Shown here: piece by piece, positions 63,396 to 64,000 of the stretch
Position numbering within the stretch: position 1 is the first letter of the stretch
How the letters are laid out: each line of letters opens with the position of its first letter
Assembly: GCF_018350175.1 (NCBI RefSeq)
Contig: NC_058369.1
Coordinates: 23,004,001 to 23,068,000 of the forward strand
Direction of reading: 5' to 3'
DNA from: Felis catus
Taxonomy: Eukaryota
DNA: 64,000 nucleotides
Translations under genes and position numbers: made by a program
Notes under the pieces: generated by a model
The model's input: the letters and a program-made list of their open reading frames with translations, nothing else
Told to the model about the DNA's origin: nothing
Databases searched by the model: none

Positions 63396-64000
63396 GAAGC
63401 CCCTTCATCTGCATATAGAGCCCAGTGGCCACCCCCTCCCCAGGCTTCTACTGTGCAGTCAGCTAAGCCTGGAGAGGGTGGTTTTCTTCACTGTCATTTC
63501 ACACGTAAGGTGCATGTGGGCAAGAACAGGACCACACGGCCCAGTCACCCTGCTGGCCCCTTCAGACTCAGGTCCTTGTCCCTGTGAAGCTTGCGTGTGA
63601 TGTAACTGCCTTCCCAACAGAGTCCTCTCTGGAAGGCGGGCGGGCAGGCGATGAGGACTTGGGGAGGGTAGGAGTGCACTCTGGGAGGGCAGTTGGGCAT
63701 CTTGGCGCTTCTCAGGACACGTGGCTCTTCTCATGCTTCCTTTCTGCATTTCACAAGTATGTGGAACCATAGATGGACATCAGGGGACCACTTCTTAGCA
63801 TGGTGACTCAGCAATTAAGTTTCACTGGCCCGTGCAGCCCCTTTCTCACACCCTCCAACAGGACAGGGCTTAGGCCATGGACTTGGGGCAAGAGACAGCC
63901 TCATGGGAGAGAGAGACTCCAATTTGGAAGGGGGGGGTGGAGGTGCCTCCTGAGAGAGCCTGATCCCATGGCATCCTCCATGAATCCCCCCTGAGACTCA

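Larger units (their letters stand above)
13662..64000 (+). other. CACNA2D3: 5' part of a very large intron, continuing beyond the window
   Basis: Donor GTGAGT at 13662. The expected next peptide (VRIFTYLIG..., recalled) was not seen in the ORF track or by eye. Confidence 0.7.

Noticed and set aside
1..64000. Novel multi-gene, defence-type or CRISPR-like system
   Set aside because: The sequence is mammalian intron. There are no operon-like ORFs or regularly spaced repeat-spacer arrays. The only RT/endonuclease present is a standard broken L1 ORF2.

Overview
Mammalian genomic DNA, not prokaryotic. The CanSINE subfamily signatures and the L1 type point to a felid (cat family). The window lies inside the + strand gene CACNA2D3 (voltage-gated Ca2+ channel auxiliary subunit alpha2delta-3). 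It holds two internal coding exons of the VWA domain (4725-4814 and 13548-13661); the rest is intronic, with no further recognisable exon over the last ~50 kb. The introns carry one 5'-complete but inactivated antisense L1 (16602-22309, TSD-flanked, interrupted by a SINE, with an unusually short 5' UTR that may be spliced) and 17 CanSINEs, several nested or stacked at one target site. They also carry ancient MIR, L2, MER and MLT fragments, microsatellites and a few repeat-free, homeobox/TCF-motif-rich stretches that are enhancer candidates. Nearly all short ORFs in the supplied track are spurious. I found no support for a novel multi-gene system. The most interesting observations concern retrotransposon structure and history and possible cis-regulatory DNA. 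Family names for ancient repeats and human comparisons are from memory and need a RepeatMasker or alignment check.
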